DNA of 64,000 bases, from assembly GCA_963817895.1 (NCBI GenBank), contig CAWFQB010000002.1:672001-736000 (forward strand). The letters are read 5' to 3'. The stretch comes from an uncultured Chthonomonadaceae bacterium (lineage in GTDB: Bacteria > Armatimonadota > Chthonomonadetes > Chthonomonadales > Chthonomonadaceae). Positions 10,994 to 21,708 of the stretch are shown here, piece after piece. The notes under the pieces are model-generated. The model did no database searches. It saw nothing but the letters and a program-made list of their open reading frames with translations, and had not been told where the DNA came from. The first letter of the stretch is position 1; each line of letters opens with the position of its first letter. The translations under genes and the position numbers were made by a program.

Positions 10994-11821
10994 ATGTTCA
11001 AAATCGGTGATTTTTCCAGAATGAGTCAGGTTTCGGTGAAGGCGCTGCGGCATTATGACGACGTGGGGTTGCTGGAACCGGCGCATGTGGATGAGGAATC
11101 CGGCTACCGCTACTACGCGGCGGATCAACTGGCAATGCTCAACCGTATTCTCGCGCTGAAAGATTTAGGCTTTTCGTTGGAACAGGTTGCCCGTTTATTA
11201 CAGGAGGGCCTGTCGCCTGCGGAGATGCGGGGCATGCTGCGCCTGCGGCAACAGGAGATACAGCAGCGCATGGAAGAGGAACAGGGACGATTAGAGCGCG
11301 TCGAGGCTCGGCTGCGGCAGATCGAGCAGGAGGGCAACGCTTCGCCTTACGATGTGATTCTGAAGCAGACGGAAGCGCGGCATATCGCCGGATTACGCGC
11401 CACAATTTCTCAATTTGTGGATGTCCCCTTGCTGTTCACAGAGTTTTATACGGAAATACACAAGATGGGCATACAAACGCGCGGACCGCACCTGATGTTC
11501 TGGCACGACAAAGAGTACCGGGAAAACGCGATTGACGCCGAAGCAGCGGCAGCCATCGAGCCTGAAGCCGTTGCGCGCGTTGCGCAAAGTTCGCGCATAC
11601 GCCCACGCGAGTTAGCCGGGGAAACCGTTCTCAGCGTGGTGCATCGCGGCCATCAGGATGGTATCGAACATGCTTACAAACCTCTGTTGGAACGGATTGC
11701 GGCAAACCAGTATCAGGTGGCCGGCCCCTTCCGCGTTCTGGTGTTGAAATGGGGCTTTGACATGCCCCCCGAAGAGATTGTCAGCGAAATACAGGTTCCC
11801 ATTAAGAGCCTCTCCCAATAG
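10994..11821 (+). CDS. MerR-family regulator with GyrI-like effector domain (BmrR type)
   Basis: FKIGDFSRMSQVSVKALRHYDDVGLL..GYRYY HTH; coiled coil; C-terminal VVHRG...EIQVPI. Confidence 0.92.
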   Translation: MFKIGDFSRMSQVSVKALRHYDDVGLLEPAHVDEESGYRYYAADQLAMLNRILALKDLGFSLEQVARLLQEGLSPAEMRGMLRLRQQEIQQRMEEEQGRLERVEARLRQIEQEGNASPYDVILKQTEARHIAGLRATISQFVDVPLLFTEFYTEIHKMGIQTRGPHLMFWHDKEYRENAIDAEAAAAIEPEAVARVAQSSRIRPRELAGETVLSVVHRGHQDGIEHAYKPLLERIAANQYQVAGPFRVLVLKWGFDMPPEEIVSEIQVPIKSLSQ

Positions 11822-11907
11822 GCGATTGCATTTGCGTCCGAAGGACGCCTGGCCGCAGGCCACTCAGACGGGTACGTTCTTTGTACCCGGCCTAATGGGA
11901 GAGGCTC
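11806..11907. mobile_element. MITE-like palindromic element, copy 1
   Basis: 18-bp TIR GAGCCTCTCCCAATAGGC/GCCTAATGGGAGAGGCTC, TAA on both sides, two internal hairpins; homologous to 20318-20420 and 46904-47005. Confidence 0.75.
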
Positions 11908-12033
11908 TAAACCGCCGTCAGCAGAAGATTGACAGCAACCTTCGCCCCGTCCTCTTCCCGAAATTCGGGGAGGGAAACGTTGATGGATAACCGGGCAAGG
12001 AAACGCCGCGCAGCAAGTGAGGAGGACAATATT

Positions 12034-12894
12034 ATGAAGATCATTATGAAGACTACACAACGGTTTTTTTCATCCCGCCGGGAACGACAAGGCAGTTCGC
12101 GCATTCGCCTGCTGTCTTTTGCGGTTGCCAATCTTGGCGCATTGACAATGGGGAGCCTGTTGCTCTTCAATGGGACGACTGCCCCGGCACAAACCGAGCC
12201 ACCCTCCGCCGATAAAGCGAAACCGGCAGATGTCGCCAATGCCGGCGCGAAGCCCCTTCACAAAGATGGCCGCCCCGCGCGTTTGGACATGCAGATTCGC
12301 GAGGACTTCTTCGTCGGCTTCACTGGGGATGACGCGCGGCTGACGCATGGCATAAAAGTTTGCGAGCAGATGATGGCAAAGTATCCCGACTTTGCGGAAG
12401 CGATGGTCTGGCACGGCAGCGGGATGGTTTTTCAAGCCTCGAAACTGTTTGCCAAAGGCGACTCGAAGCAGGGAATGACTGTGTGGCAAAAGGGTCTGGA
12501 CGAAATGGATGCGGCGGTGAAATTGGAGCCGAACAACATTTCCGTGCTGATTCCCCGCGCCGCCACCCTGATTCCCGGCGCGCGTTTCATCAACTATAAA
12601 CCCCTTGCCGATAGCCTCTGGACGCGCGCCGCGTCCGATTACGAGAAGACGTATGCCGTCCAGAAAGCCGACTTTGATAAGCTCGACGCGCATTCCAAAG
12701 GGGAATTGCTGTTCGGACTGGCCGAAGTGAATGCGCGGTTAGGCAAGGAGGAGAAAGCGCGGGCGTACTTGAAACAGATACAGCAGGTGTGCAAGGCGAC
12801 GGATTACGTGACCGAAGCGCAATCATGGCTGGACAGGAAGACCCTGACAACGGGCTTGCCTTCCCGCAACTGCATCGGCTGCCATGTCAAGTAG
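12034..12894 (+). CDS. Exported TPR-like helical protein with C-terminal CxxCH
   Basis: GGAGGA RBS; hydrophobic leader; TPR-like helices (DAAVKLEPNN); ends RNCIGCHVK. Confidence 0.7.
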   Translation: MKIIMKTTQRFFSSRRERQGSSRIRLLSFAVANLGALTMGSLLLFNGTTAPAQTEPPSADKAKPADVANAGAKPLHKDGRPARLDMQIREDFFVGFTGDDARLTHGIKVCEQMMAKYPDFAEAMVWHGSGMVFQASKLFAKGDSKQGMTVWQKGLDEMDAAVKLEPNNISVLIPRAATLIPGARFINYKPLADSLWTRAASDYEKTYAVQKADFDKLDAHSKGELLFGLAEVNARLGKEEKARAYLKQIQQVCKATDYVTEAQSWLDRKTLTTGLPSRNCIGCHVK

Positions 12895-12989
12895 TTGGTG
12901 ATTGGTAGTTGGTGATTGGTGGTTGGTGACTGGCGCTAATTTTCAAGCGCATCACATCATAACGATTTATAACGAGGACAGCATCAGAC

Positions 12990-14027
12990 ATGGCACAGGT
13001 AACAACGATAGATCCCCAACCACTAACCACCAGCCACCAACCACTGCTGCAAGTACGGCAGTTGCGCAAGCAGTATGACCACATTATCGCCGTCAATGAC
13101 ATTGACTTTGAGATCGAACGCGGCGAGATTTTCGGGTTGCTTGGGCCGAACGGCGCGGGCAAAACCACGACTATCAGCATGTTGGCGGGAACGCTGACGC
13201 CGGGAGGAGGCGCGATCCTGCTGAACGGGTATGCTTCGAGCGCCACGCCGGACGGACGCCGACTGCTCGGCCTGGTTCCGCAGGAACTGGCGATTTACAA
13301 CAAACTGACGGCGCGGGAAAATCTGGATTTTTTCGGGGAACTGTACGGATTGCATGGAGTCGGCCTTGTGAAACGCAGCGACGAGATGCTGCAACTGGTC
13401 GGGCTTGCGGAGCGGGCGGGAGATCGCGCGGACACGTTTTCGGGCGGCATGAAGCGGCGTCTGAACCTTGCCGTCGGCCTGATGCACAATCCGCAACTGC
13501 TGATGCTGGACGAGCCGACTGTGGGCGTTGATCCGCAGTCTCGCAACCACATTTTTGAAGGGGTGCGGACACTGAACCGGGCGGGGCTGACCGTGCTATA
13601 TACCAGCCACTATATGGAAGAGGTGCAGGCGTTGTGTCACCGCGTCGGCATCATGGACGGCGGCAATCTCATCGCCTGCGATACGGTTTCCAATCTGATT
13701 TCAAGTCACGGCAAACCGGTCATTGAAATTCTACTGGATACCGCGCGGATTGCGCCGGAACTGCAAACCCAACTGGAACGGATGGAAGCGGTTCAATCGG
13801 TTCAGGTTGTACCCGCAATCCAAACGCCGGAAACATCGGCAGCGGACAGGGATGCTGAAGACGCTGGTACAATGCTGCATATCAGCATGGAGCAGCCCAA
13901 TCGCCTGTTGCCGGAAATCATCCTTGCCCTGAGCGCGGCCAAACTGCCCATTCTGTCCCTAAACGTCAAGCGTCCCACCCTCGAAGATGTGTTTCTCGCC
14001 CTGACCGGCAAGACATTGAGAGATTGA
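12990..14027 (+). CDS. ABC exporter ATP-binding protein
   Basis: GPNGAGKTT, FSGGMKRR, LDEPTVGVDP, and C-terminal PTLEDVFLALTG. Confidence 0.95.
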   Translation: MAQVTTIDPQPLTTSHQPLLQVRQLRKQYDHIIAVNDIDFEIERGEIFGLLGPNGAGKTTTISMLAGTLTPGGGAILLNGYASSATPDGRRLLGLVPQELAIYNKLTARENLDFFGELYGLHGVGLVKRSDEMLQLVGLAERAGDRADTFSGGMKRRLNLAVGLMHNPQLLMLDEPTVGVDPQSRNHIFEGVRTLNRAGLTVLYTSHYMEEVQALCHRVGIMDGGNLIACDTVSNLISSHGKPVIEILLDTARIAPELQTQLERMEAVQSVQVVPAIQTPETSAADRDAEDAGTMLHISMEQPNRLLPEIILALSAAKLPILSLNVKRPTLEDVFLALTGKTLRD

Positions 14028-14146
14028 GGAAGGAAAGAGATAGGAGATAGGAGATACGAGAAATACATTTCGGATACTGAATACCTTGTATCTTGCATGA
14101 ACTCCTATCTCCTATCTCCTATCTCGTATCTCAATTTGGAGGTTCC

Positions 14147-15418
14147 ATGCCATTCTGGAGCATTGCGCGGAAAGACATCCGCACCATATTGCGCGACAAG
14201 TCCGGGGCCATTATGTTTTTCATTCTGCCCCTTGTGTTTCTGTTCGTATTCGGAGCCGCTTTTGGAGGACGGTCGCAGGGCGAAACCAAAAGCCCCTTCA
14301 AGATTTTGGTGAGCAACGCGGATCGTGGCACACATGGCGGGGAAATGCTTCGCGCCATGCGGCAGGTGAATCTGACCACACAAGAAACAACGGAGGGCGC
14401 TGCATTCGTTGAACAGAAGGTAAGTAAGGGCAATTACGCGATTGGCGTCGTTTTGCCGCCGGATTTCAGCGCGCAATTGGAAGCCTATGTGAAAACGGCG
14501 GCGGAGGGCAGACAAAGCCCGCTCCTCACACAAATGCGCGTGTTGATTGACCCGGCGCAGCCACAGGTGGCGGGCATGGCGAAGGGCGCGATTTTCGCTT
14601 CTGTGCAGCGCGTGATGGGGCCGCTGTATCGGGAAGCCGCCCTTGCGCGGGTTCCCGCCGCGTACCGGGAAATGGCCGCAAAGAACATGACGGCGCAAAG
14701 CGGCAACGGCGTAATGCCGTTTGAAATGAGCGGCGAAGAACCGGGAAACGCGCAGGCGAGTGCGGCAAAAGACGCGGCAGGGGAAACTGAGACGAACAAA
14801 ACGGGCGTGGTGAAACGCGATCAGATCACAGCCGGGGATGTTATCACGCCCGGTTTTGCTGTGTACTTTGTGTTTTTTCTGGCGAACAGCGTTGCCGTTA
14901 GCCTGCTATTGGAGCGGCAGGAGGGGACGTTGCGCCGGATGTTGAGCGCGCCCATTCCCCGCTCACAGATTCTGCTCGGTAAACTTGTGGCGCGCGGTAT
15001 TTTGGGCATATTGCAAACGCTGGTTCTGTTCGGCGCGGCGGGACTGTTCCTGCATACGCACTACGGCCACTCCCCGCTCGGCATTGCGGTTGTCGCGCTG
15101 GCAACCATTTTCACCGCAACGGGATTGGGACTGCTGATTGCCACCTTCGCCAAAACGCCCGAACAGATTCAGAGTACGACCACGCTGCTGCTGCTGATTA
15201 TGGGCGCGATTTCCGGCTGCCTGATGCCGCGCATGTTCCTGCCCGAATCCGTGCAGAGGTTCAGCCTGATAACGCCCCACGCCTGGGCGTTGACCGCGTA
15301 TCAGGATTTGATGCTGCGCGGGCGTTCTCTGTCGGAAGTATTGCCCGATGTTCTGGCGGTTGTCGCCTTCGGCGCAGTATTTTATATTCTGGCTCTGGCC
15401 CGCTTTCGTTTTGAATGA
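14147..15418 (+). CDS. ABC-2 type permease
   Basis: GGAGG RBS; N-terminal TM, large extracytoplasmic loop, ERQEGTLRRML.AP motif, multiple C-terminal TMs. Confidence 0.92.
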   Translation: MPFWSIARKDIRTILRDKSGAIMFFILPLVFLFVFGAAFGGRSQGETKSPFKILVSNADRGTHGGEMLRAMRQVNLTTQETTEGAAFVEQKVSKGNYAIGVVLPPDFSAQLEAYVKTAAEGRQSPLLTQMRVLIDPAQPQVAGMAKGAIFASVQRVMGPLYREAALARVPAAYREMAAKNMTAQSGNGVMPFEMSGEEPGNAQASAAKDAAGETETNKTGVVKRDQITAGDVITPGFAVYFVFFLANSVAVSLLLERQEGTLRRMLSAPIPRSQILLGKLVARGILGILQTLVLFGAAGLFLHTHYGHSPLGIAVVALATIFTATGLGLLIATFAKTPEQIQSTTTLLLLIMGAISGCLMPRMFLPESVQRFSLITPHAWALTAYQDLMLRGRSLSEVLPDVLAVVAFGAVFYILALARFRFE

Positions 15419-15433
15419 CAAACTTGACACGGT

Positions 15434-15670
15434 TCAGTTCGGCTGTAAAAGCCATGCTTCCACATCTGCCAGCGTATTGAAGTCGAATAAGGCAAGTCCC
15501 AAGTCATTCAACTGTGTTGTAGATAATTCCTGTAGCCGTGTCTGCGATTCTGTAGATAGCACACCCAACCGACCGACTATCATAAACATTAATAGCAGCA
15601 CCTTGCCTTCTCGTGCCTGTTGAGCATAAGTTGCTGTTTGAATCTCCTCATGTCCTTCCATACGGCCCAT
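15434..15670 (-). CDS. Stand-alone DUF4351-like small protein (Rpn C-terminal-type domain)
   Basis: GGAGG RBS before ATG 15670; RLGVLS..Q.RLQELSTTQLNDLGLALFDFNTLADVEAWL matches the DUF4351 pattern. Confidence 0.65.
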   Translation of the reverse strand: MGRMEGHEEIQTATYAQQAREGKVLLLMFMIVGRLGVLSTESQTRLQELSTTQLNDLGLALFDFNTLADVEAWLLQPN

Positions 15671-16055
15671 CAGCCTCCAATTGGTTATTGGTTTTCGATT
15701 TACATAGACGGTATATATGTTTATTTTCCTACTCGGCGACAAACTTACAGGCTCTGTAATTTTGTTGGGTTTTTTGTCACAGCTCATTGTATCCTGTTCT
15801 GCTTTATTGCCAGGTTGTTCTGCCAGTCTTATTTTATTTTTCGATGCCAAGTTTTTCTTTGCGCCTTTCCCACCAGATCATGCCCACAGCCCATCAGAGA
15901 GAAATTATGAGCCATGCCTGCCAATCTAATGGTTCGTGGAGTAATGTATTCACGAGCAACATAATGACAAAATAACCCGCAAAATAGTAGACAAACGTTG
16001 CATATGTAGACCATCGGCGTTTCTGCTTTTGCACGATTGCTCCTAACGGCTGTTA

Positions 16056-17111
16056 TTACAGGGGCGGCTGCGGCACTTCGACCATTTTGCCGGTTTCTGA
16101 GGCTTCAATGGTGGCGAAGACTAGAGCAAGCGTGTTCAGGTTGTCGCGCCCGCTGGTTTCCGGTTCCGCGCCGGATTCGATACACGCCCGCCAGTGGTAC
16201 AGATCGTAGTGGTGGCCCTGCGCGCCGATGGAGGGCGCCCACAGGGGTTCGCCCCAGGGTTCCGGCAGGGGCGTGAAGAAGTGCATGGCGTCAAACTGCG
16301 AAGTGTCGGCGTTCTGCGGAAAGTAACGAACCGGCCCCCACTCATCGCGCTGATTCCAGACCAGACTCCCCTTCGTACCCGTAATCACCCATCGCCCGTT
16401 CCAGCCCGTGTCCACGCCGGGGGATGCGAAACTGCCCGTGTAGTTGACCTTGACGCCGTTTGCGAAATCAATCCACGCGAACGCGCTCAAATCACCCTGC
16501 GTATTGCTCACGCGCGGATTCCATGTTTGCGCCATTACCCGCGCAGCGTTGCAGCCGAGCAGATAGCGCATCATGTCGAAGTGATGCACGGCCATGTCCA
16601 TCAGAAACGGGTGCGGCATTTTCTGCCGCCAGCCGAACAGCAATCCCTGAATCTGGAATTCTACGTGAACATGATCCACTTCGCCAATCGCGCCTTCAGA
16701 AATCAGGCGGCGCAGAAAGCGTGGCTGATCGTGGTAGCGGAACTGCTGCGTCACCATCAGGATGCGATCTGCTTCCTGAGCCGCGCGCACGATTCTGACC
16801 GCGACAGCCATGTTTTCCGCAAGGGGTTTTTCCGCCAGAACGTGCAGTCCGGCCCGTAAAGCGAGAATGCTGGTATATTCGTGGCACGGAACCGGGGTAC
16901 AATCTATCAACCCGTCCGCCTGCACAGCGGCAACCGCCTCTTCCACGTTGGAAAACAAACGCTCCGGGGGCAGGCCCAACGTTTCGCCCGCCATGCGCAG
17001 CGCGTCGGGATTGGGGTCCACAAGAGCAACATGTTCAAATCCGTCACAGTCTCGCGCGGCGTAAATCCAGCTTTGTCCGAAGCCACCCACGCCCGCTTGT
17101 ATCACGCGCAT
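16056..17111 (-). CDS. Gfo/Idh/MocA family oxidoreductase
   Basis: GVGGFG Rossmann motif, HVLAEKP, DMAVHHFD. Confidence 0.92.
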   Translation of the reverse strand: MRVIQAGVGGFGQSWIYAARDCDGFEHVALVDPNPDALRMAGETLGLPPERLFSNVEEAVAAVQADGLIDCTPVPCHEYTSILALRAGLHVLAEKPLAENMAVAVRIVRAAQEADRILMVTQQFRYHDQPRFLRRLISEGAIGEVDHVHVEFQIQGLLFGWRQKMPHPFLMDMAVHHFDMMRYLLGCNAARVMAQTWNPRVSNTQGDLSAFAWIDFANGVKVNYTGSFASPGVDTGWNGRWVITGTKGSLVWNQRDEWGPVRYFPQNADTSQFDAMHFFTPLPEPWGEPLWAPSIGAQGHHYDLYHWRACIESGAEPETSGRDNLNTLALVFATIEASETGKMVEVPQPPL

Positions 17112-17464
17112 ACCGATTATATCTCCTCACAGCGCATCCAATCTCTCGTCCCTGAAAGGCGCTGTTCTGTTGCTATGAACATATCTTGCTGATAGTGTTA
17201 TAGAATGCTCCGAAAGCCGGAGATTTTCCGGCGTCAATATCATCGGATTGACTGTTATTTTACCTTATATGAAAATCTGTGACAATGAAATTTGTGTGCA
17301 GTGGCAAACACAATGCCTGTGCGCTTTTTAACAGGTAATTCTGCTGGCACCAGACGAGGGTAAACCTGATACCAACGCGCATATAATGACAATTTAAGAC
17401 ACAGTAATACCAGACTCGGCAATGCCGCGCAGGGTTCCCTTTTCTCACTTATTCAGGAGTAAAC

Positions 17465-18467
17465 ATGCTGAAGAAACTATTCATTGCGGCAATATTGACC
17501 ATGCTTGCGGCACACGGAAAGAGTGCGAACGCTCAGAACAGCCCGTCCCCTATTCCGCAGCCACACTTTCAGGGCGACTTTTTCGGCGAAATGCCGCGCG
17601 CCTTTGGCGCGTTCGTTCGCATTGATACGAAAGCCCGCGTGGTAGTTGTCAGACGCGATGGAGACGGCAAGATCGTGACCGTTCCCATTCGCGACGATAC
17701 CGAACTGCATTTCCGTGAACTCGTGGGGCGAATTGACCGACTACTTTCCGGGCCAGCATGTGATGCTGTTTATGTACGTGGACGATGACCATAATTGGAC
17801 ATACCCCCGTGCCATTCAGGACGACATTCACGTTTCGGCGCGGCACGGATGGTTCGCCCGCGTCACCCGTATAGATTCCGCCACGCATACCTTTCACACG
17901 ATCCGCGAGGAGAAGAACGCGCAGGGTCAGGTGACGCAAACCATTGAAAAGGATGTCGCATTCGCGCCCGACGCGAAGGTATGGAAGGGTGACGCGCCCG
18001 GAAGCATGAACACGCTGCGCGAAGGCGACGAGGTGATTCAGCAGCTTGTGGAGCGCGACGGCAAACTTACGGCAGTGGAAATTTTCGACCGCAAGGGGGA
18101 TGACGCCGCGCGGCTGATACAGGAGAAGCGGCATCGGAGCGATCAGGAGCGGCTCGGCCTGCCCGCGTATGTCACTGATGTAGAACCTATTTCCGGCCTG
18201 CTCGTCGTTTCCGTCGCGTGGAGCGGGTCCGAACGGGCGAAAGAACTGAAACCCGGCAATGTCGTCACCGTGCTTCCCTCCGACGGTTCAAAACCGTTCG
18301 CCGCCGCCATCCACTCCCTGCAACCTGTGGATACCAGACAGCGTATAGAGTTTGTGGTCAACGCCCGCGTCGCCAGCCGTCTCACCTTAGGGCAGTCGTT
18401 GCGCGTGTTCCTGCCCAATACCGGCCCCGCCCTACCGACCGGACGCGCCGGAATTCCATCCAACTGA
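17465..18467 (+). CDS. Exported hypothetical protein, frameshift near 17718
   Basis: AGGAG RBS and signal peptide in 17465-17788. Removing one A from CGTGAACTCG gives TELHFRDSWGELTDY and joins ORF 17715-18467. Confidence 0.7.
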
Positions 18468-18596
18468 TAGGAAGAAAAGGAGAAAAGGAGAGCAACTGCA
18501 TAACAGCAGCTTAATTGAGTCTGGCAGTTCCATATTTCTTCTCCTCTTCTCCTTTTCTCCTTTTCTCCTTTTCTTGCAAATACGCAGAGGTTTTGT

Positions 18597-18995
18597 ATGA
18601 GCGATGATTTTGAACAGCAGGCATGGGTGCGGTTTGGCGTGGCGGCGGAACTGTCGAAACAGTACGCGGCGGACGAGCGGCAATTTCTGGAACGATTGGC
18701 GGGAATGTTGGAGTCCGCCCTGCCGGGTGAAATTGACGTGACGCGCAAGGGCGGGCTGTTTTCCAAAAAAACGGTGCAGCGCGTGAGCGTGACAATGGGC
18801 GACCACCGCTATCTGCTGGAAGACCCCGGACGCGGCCCCGTACAGGCGGCGCGGCTCAAAATCGTGCGCGGCATCGCGCTGAAAACCGAAACCATGACGG
18901 TAGCGGACTGGCTCACGGAACTGGGCGAACTGCTGGATGAACGCGCCAGCACAAGCGCGCAAACCCGCGCCGCCCTTGCCCGCCTTGTAGATTAG
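18597..18995 (+). CDS. Hypothetical protein
   Basis: 132-aa ORF with RBS and typical codon usage, co-oriented with the next gene. Confidence 0.75.
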   Translation: MSDDFEQQAWVRFGVAAELSKQYAADERQFLERLAGMLESALPGEIDVTRKGGLFSKKTVQRVSVTMGDHRYLLEDPGRGPVQAARLKIVRGIALKTETMTVADWLTELGELLDERASTSAQTRAALARLVD

Positions 18996-19008
18996 AAATA
19001 AGGTTTTT

Positions 19009-20298
19009 ATGAATGAGGAAATTAGCGTATCGCGCCATTTGCGCCCTGCTCGCTCCCTGCGTTCCGCCGATTATGTGAAAATCGGGTTTCTAACCATGCT
19101 GGGCGCGCTCCTGCTGGTGATACTGGCGTTCGTAACATGGCATGTGGGACAAGCCGCGCTGGACATCATCTCGCCGTTTGTGCTGGCGACCGTTTTCGCG
19201 CTTCTGCTCGATCCCATTGTGGACAAATTAGAACGCCGCATGAGCCGGTTCTTTGCGGTTCTGGTCGTGTTCATGACATTCGTGGCGATTTTGCTGGCGG
19301 CGGGATTGTATGGCATCCCCGCGCTGATGGATCAGATCGGCGCGTTCGTCAAAAACGCGCCAAAGTATATCGCTGATCTCAAAAAGGTTGTGAACGATTT
19401 TTTGACGGCGCATCCCCGCATGTTCGGCATTGCCCTGCCTAAAAATTTCAGTACGCTGTATGACGAGGTGACAGCGCGAAGTTCCGGCCTGCTGAATTTC
19501 TCGTCCGGCAAACTCACCTCGCTTGTGACCGGCGCCGTAACGTTCCTGCTGGAAGCCATTATCACGCTGATCTTGACGTTTTACCTGCTGATGGACATTG
19601 ACCGCCTGCGCGCCCGTATCATCTATCTGGCCCCGCAGCAGTACCGAACTTCCCTGAATCAGTACGCGACCGACATTGGCGACGTGTTTTCCAGTTACCT
19701 GCGCGGCATGATGATTGTATCCGCGTTGTACGGCGTGGCAACCATGTTTGTGCTGTTCTGCCTGTCGTATCTGCACAGAGAACTGGCGGGCTACGCTCTG
19801 TTGGTGGGCGTGGTCGGGGGATTGCTGTATGTCGTGCCGTATGTCGGGCCACTGGCGACGGCTGTGATTACCTTTCTTGTCGCGTTTTCGGCGGGCGGCG
19901 CGGGCTTCGGTTTTGCCAGCATCGTCGCCACGCTGATCTTGAATCAGGTTTTCGATGGCTTTGTCACGCCCCGTGTGGTTGGCGGCGGCGTGGGGCTGCA
20001 TCCCGTTGCGGCTGTTTTCGCGCTCACGCTGGGCGGCGCGCTGTTCGGATTATGGGGATTGCTGCTGTCCGTCCCCGTCGCGGCCAGTATTCAGGTTATC
20101 CTGTTCCGCCTGTTTCCCAAACTGACCACGCCCACCCCGCGCGTGTTTTTACGGGCGCAGGGCATACGTACAGAGGAGGCGCAATCTCCAAAAGTGATGG
20201 AGGGCGACCGACCGGAAATGCCTGCTGTGGAGACACGCCCCTCAGTTCCAAAGGCTGAAGCCGCAGCAGCCATCCCAACCAACCGCAAGCCAGAGTAG
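19009..20298 (+). CDS. AI-2E family transporter
   Basis: Multi-TM; YLRG, VPYVGP and PRVVG..VGLHP..GGALFGLWGLLLSVP motifs. Confidence 0.92.
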   Translation: MNEEISVSRHLRPARSLRSADYVKIGFLTMLGALLLVILAFVTWHVGQAALDIISPFVLATVFALLLDPIVDKLERRMSRFFAVLVVFMTFVAILLAAGLYGIPALMDQIGAFVKNAPKYIADLKKVVNDFLTAHPRMFGIALPKNFSTLYDEVTARSSGLLNFSSGKLTSLVTGAVTFLLEAIITLILTFYLLMDIDRLRARIIYLAPQQYRTSLNQYATDIGDVFSSYLRGMMIVSALYGVATMFVLFCLSYLHRELAGYALLVGVVGGLLYVVPYVGPLATAVITFLVAFSAGGAGFGFASIVATLILNQVFDGFVTPRVVGGGVGLHPVAAVFALTLGGALFGLWGLLLSVPVAASIQVILFRLFPKLTTPTPRVFLRAQGIRTEEAQSPKVMEGDRPEMPAVETRPSVPKAEAAAAIPTNRKPE

Positions 20299-20317
20299 AT
20301 GCAGCCATTTTTACTTG

Positions 20318-20420
20318 GAGCCTATCCCCAATAGGCGATTGCATTTGCGTCCGAAGGACGCTTGGCCGCAGGCTACTCAGACGGGTACGTTCTTTGTACC
20401 CGGCCTAATGGGATAGGCTC
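20318..20420. mobile_element. MITE-like palindromic element, copy 2
   Basis: Near-identical to copy 1; TIR GAGCCTATCCC.../...GGGATAGGCTC. Confidence 0.75.
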
Positions 20421-20437
20421 TAAAGGAGAAACAAACC

Positions 20438-20623
20438 ATGAACATCGGGTACCTCGCGTTGGGAATTCTTCTGGGACTATTTGCCTTTGCGCAACTCCTG
20501 CAACTGGCAGGATTGATCGGCGTAGGCTTCAGCATCGCAGGCATCGGCTTGACGATTCTGGGCGGCGTCGGCTCGTTTGTGTGCTTCCAGAAAGCGTTTG
20601 CCAGCAAACTTCCGCGCAAGTAG
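20438..20623 (+). CDS. Small two-TM membrane protein
   Basis: AAGGAG RBS; 61 aa, hydrophobic. Confidence 0.7.
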   Translation: MNIGYLALGILLGLFAFAQLLQLAGLIGVGFSIAGIGLTILGGVGSFVCFQKAFASKLPRK

Positions 20624-20672
20624 TGTCCGCGTCCATAACCGCTATGTTGACCGTGTTGGGAGCCAGTTCGCC

Positions 20673-21515
20673 ATGACACGTTTCCTGATGAGAATGTTGC
20701 CTGTAATGTTGCCTGTTCTGGCTGTTATCAGCCTTGTCGGATGTGGGGGCGGCGGGACAAGCACAACGCCGACAACGACCACTACAGGCGGCAACGGTTC
20801 TACTTCGGGCAGCGCGTCCGGCACTTCCTCCGGCAGCGGCCCGTCGAGCGGTTCCGGCAGTTCCACAGGGGGCGGCCAAACCACTTTTCAGCCGCAAACG
20901 TATGATCTTGCCGCCGATTTTTCCTTTGCCAATAGTGCCGGCAGCGTGTGGCAGTACGGATATTCGGCTGCGAATTCGCTTGCGCCGGATCAGTTTCGCG
21001 CTGATACCGTTGCGGACACCAGCAACGCGGGTACAGGCTTCTGGCATCCTACAACCAGCGTGAACACGGGCGTTACCTCCGGTTACTATCCGTATGTCGC
21101 GAAAAACACGGCTTCAACCGCGCATGCTGACCCAACTGGTAACTGGGCCGTCCGAGCGGGCGAGATCGCGATGGAGGGCAGTGGGAGCGGGCAATACAGT
21201 CTGATACGCTTCATCGCCCCGGCTGCGGGGAAGTACCAGATCGCCGCCAATTTTCAGGGCATACACTTCAACCTATCCACCACCGACGTTCATGTCCTGC
21301 AAAACGGCGTGTCGGTTTTCGACGCCAACATAGACGGCTACGGCGGCGACCCAGGTTTCCATGCCGTTCAGGGCGCAAACCCCAACGCCACTTATTCCGG
21401 CACATTGACGCTGAACACGGGCGATATTGTCACGTTTGCCGTCGGCATCGGCGCAAACCAGACCGTGTACAACGACACAACCGGCCTGACCGTCCATATT
21501 GTCACTGTGCAGTAA
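20673..21515 (+). CDS. Putative lipoprotein with Gly/Ser/Thr linker and beta-rich domain
   Basis: Lipobox LVGC followed by a low-complexity GST linker. Confidence 0.75.
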   Translation: MTRFLMRMLPVMLPVLAVISLVGCGGGGTSTTPTTTTTGGNGSTSGSASGTSSGSGPSSGSGSSTGGGQTTFQPQTYDLAADFSFANSAGSVWQYGYSAANSLAPDQFRADTVADTSNAGTGFWHPTTSVNTGVTSGYYPYVAKNTASTAHADPTGNWAVRAGEIAMEGSGSGQYSLIRFIAPAAGKYQIAANFQGIHFNLSTTDVHVLQNGVSVFDANIDGYGGDPGFHAVQGANPNATYSGTLTLNTGDIVTFAVGIGANQTVYNDTTGLTVHIVTVQ

Positions 21516-21708
21516 CTATCTTCGACAAGCAGGAGTTTATCGCGGATAGGATGGTCGTGTAACATTCTGAAGCCTTGCTGATGCTATGTGGTATGCTGTC
21601 TGCAACATCTGAAATGGTTGGATGCAAGGTTATCACGCGGGCTGTTATAGCGGCGTACAAAGAATGTTGCCTTGTCAGTAGCGAGAAGGTGAGGAGAGGA
21701 TTTAAGCG

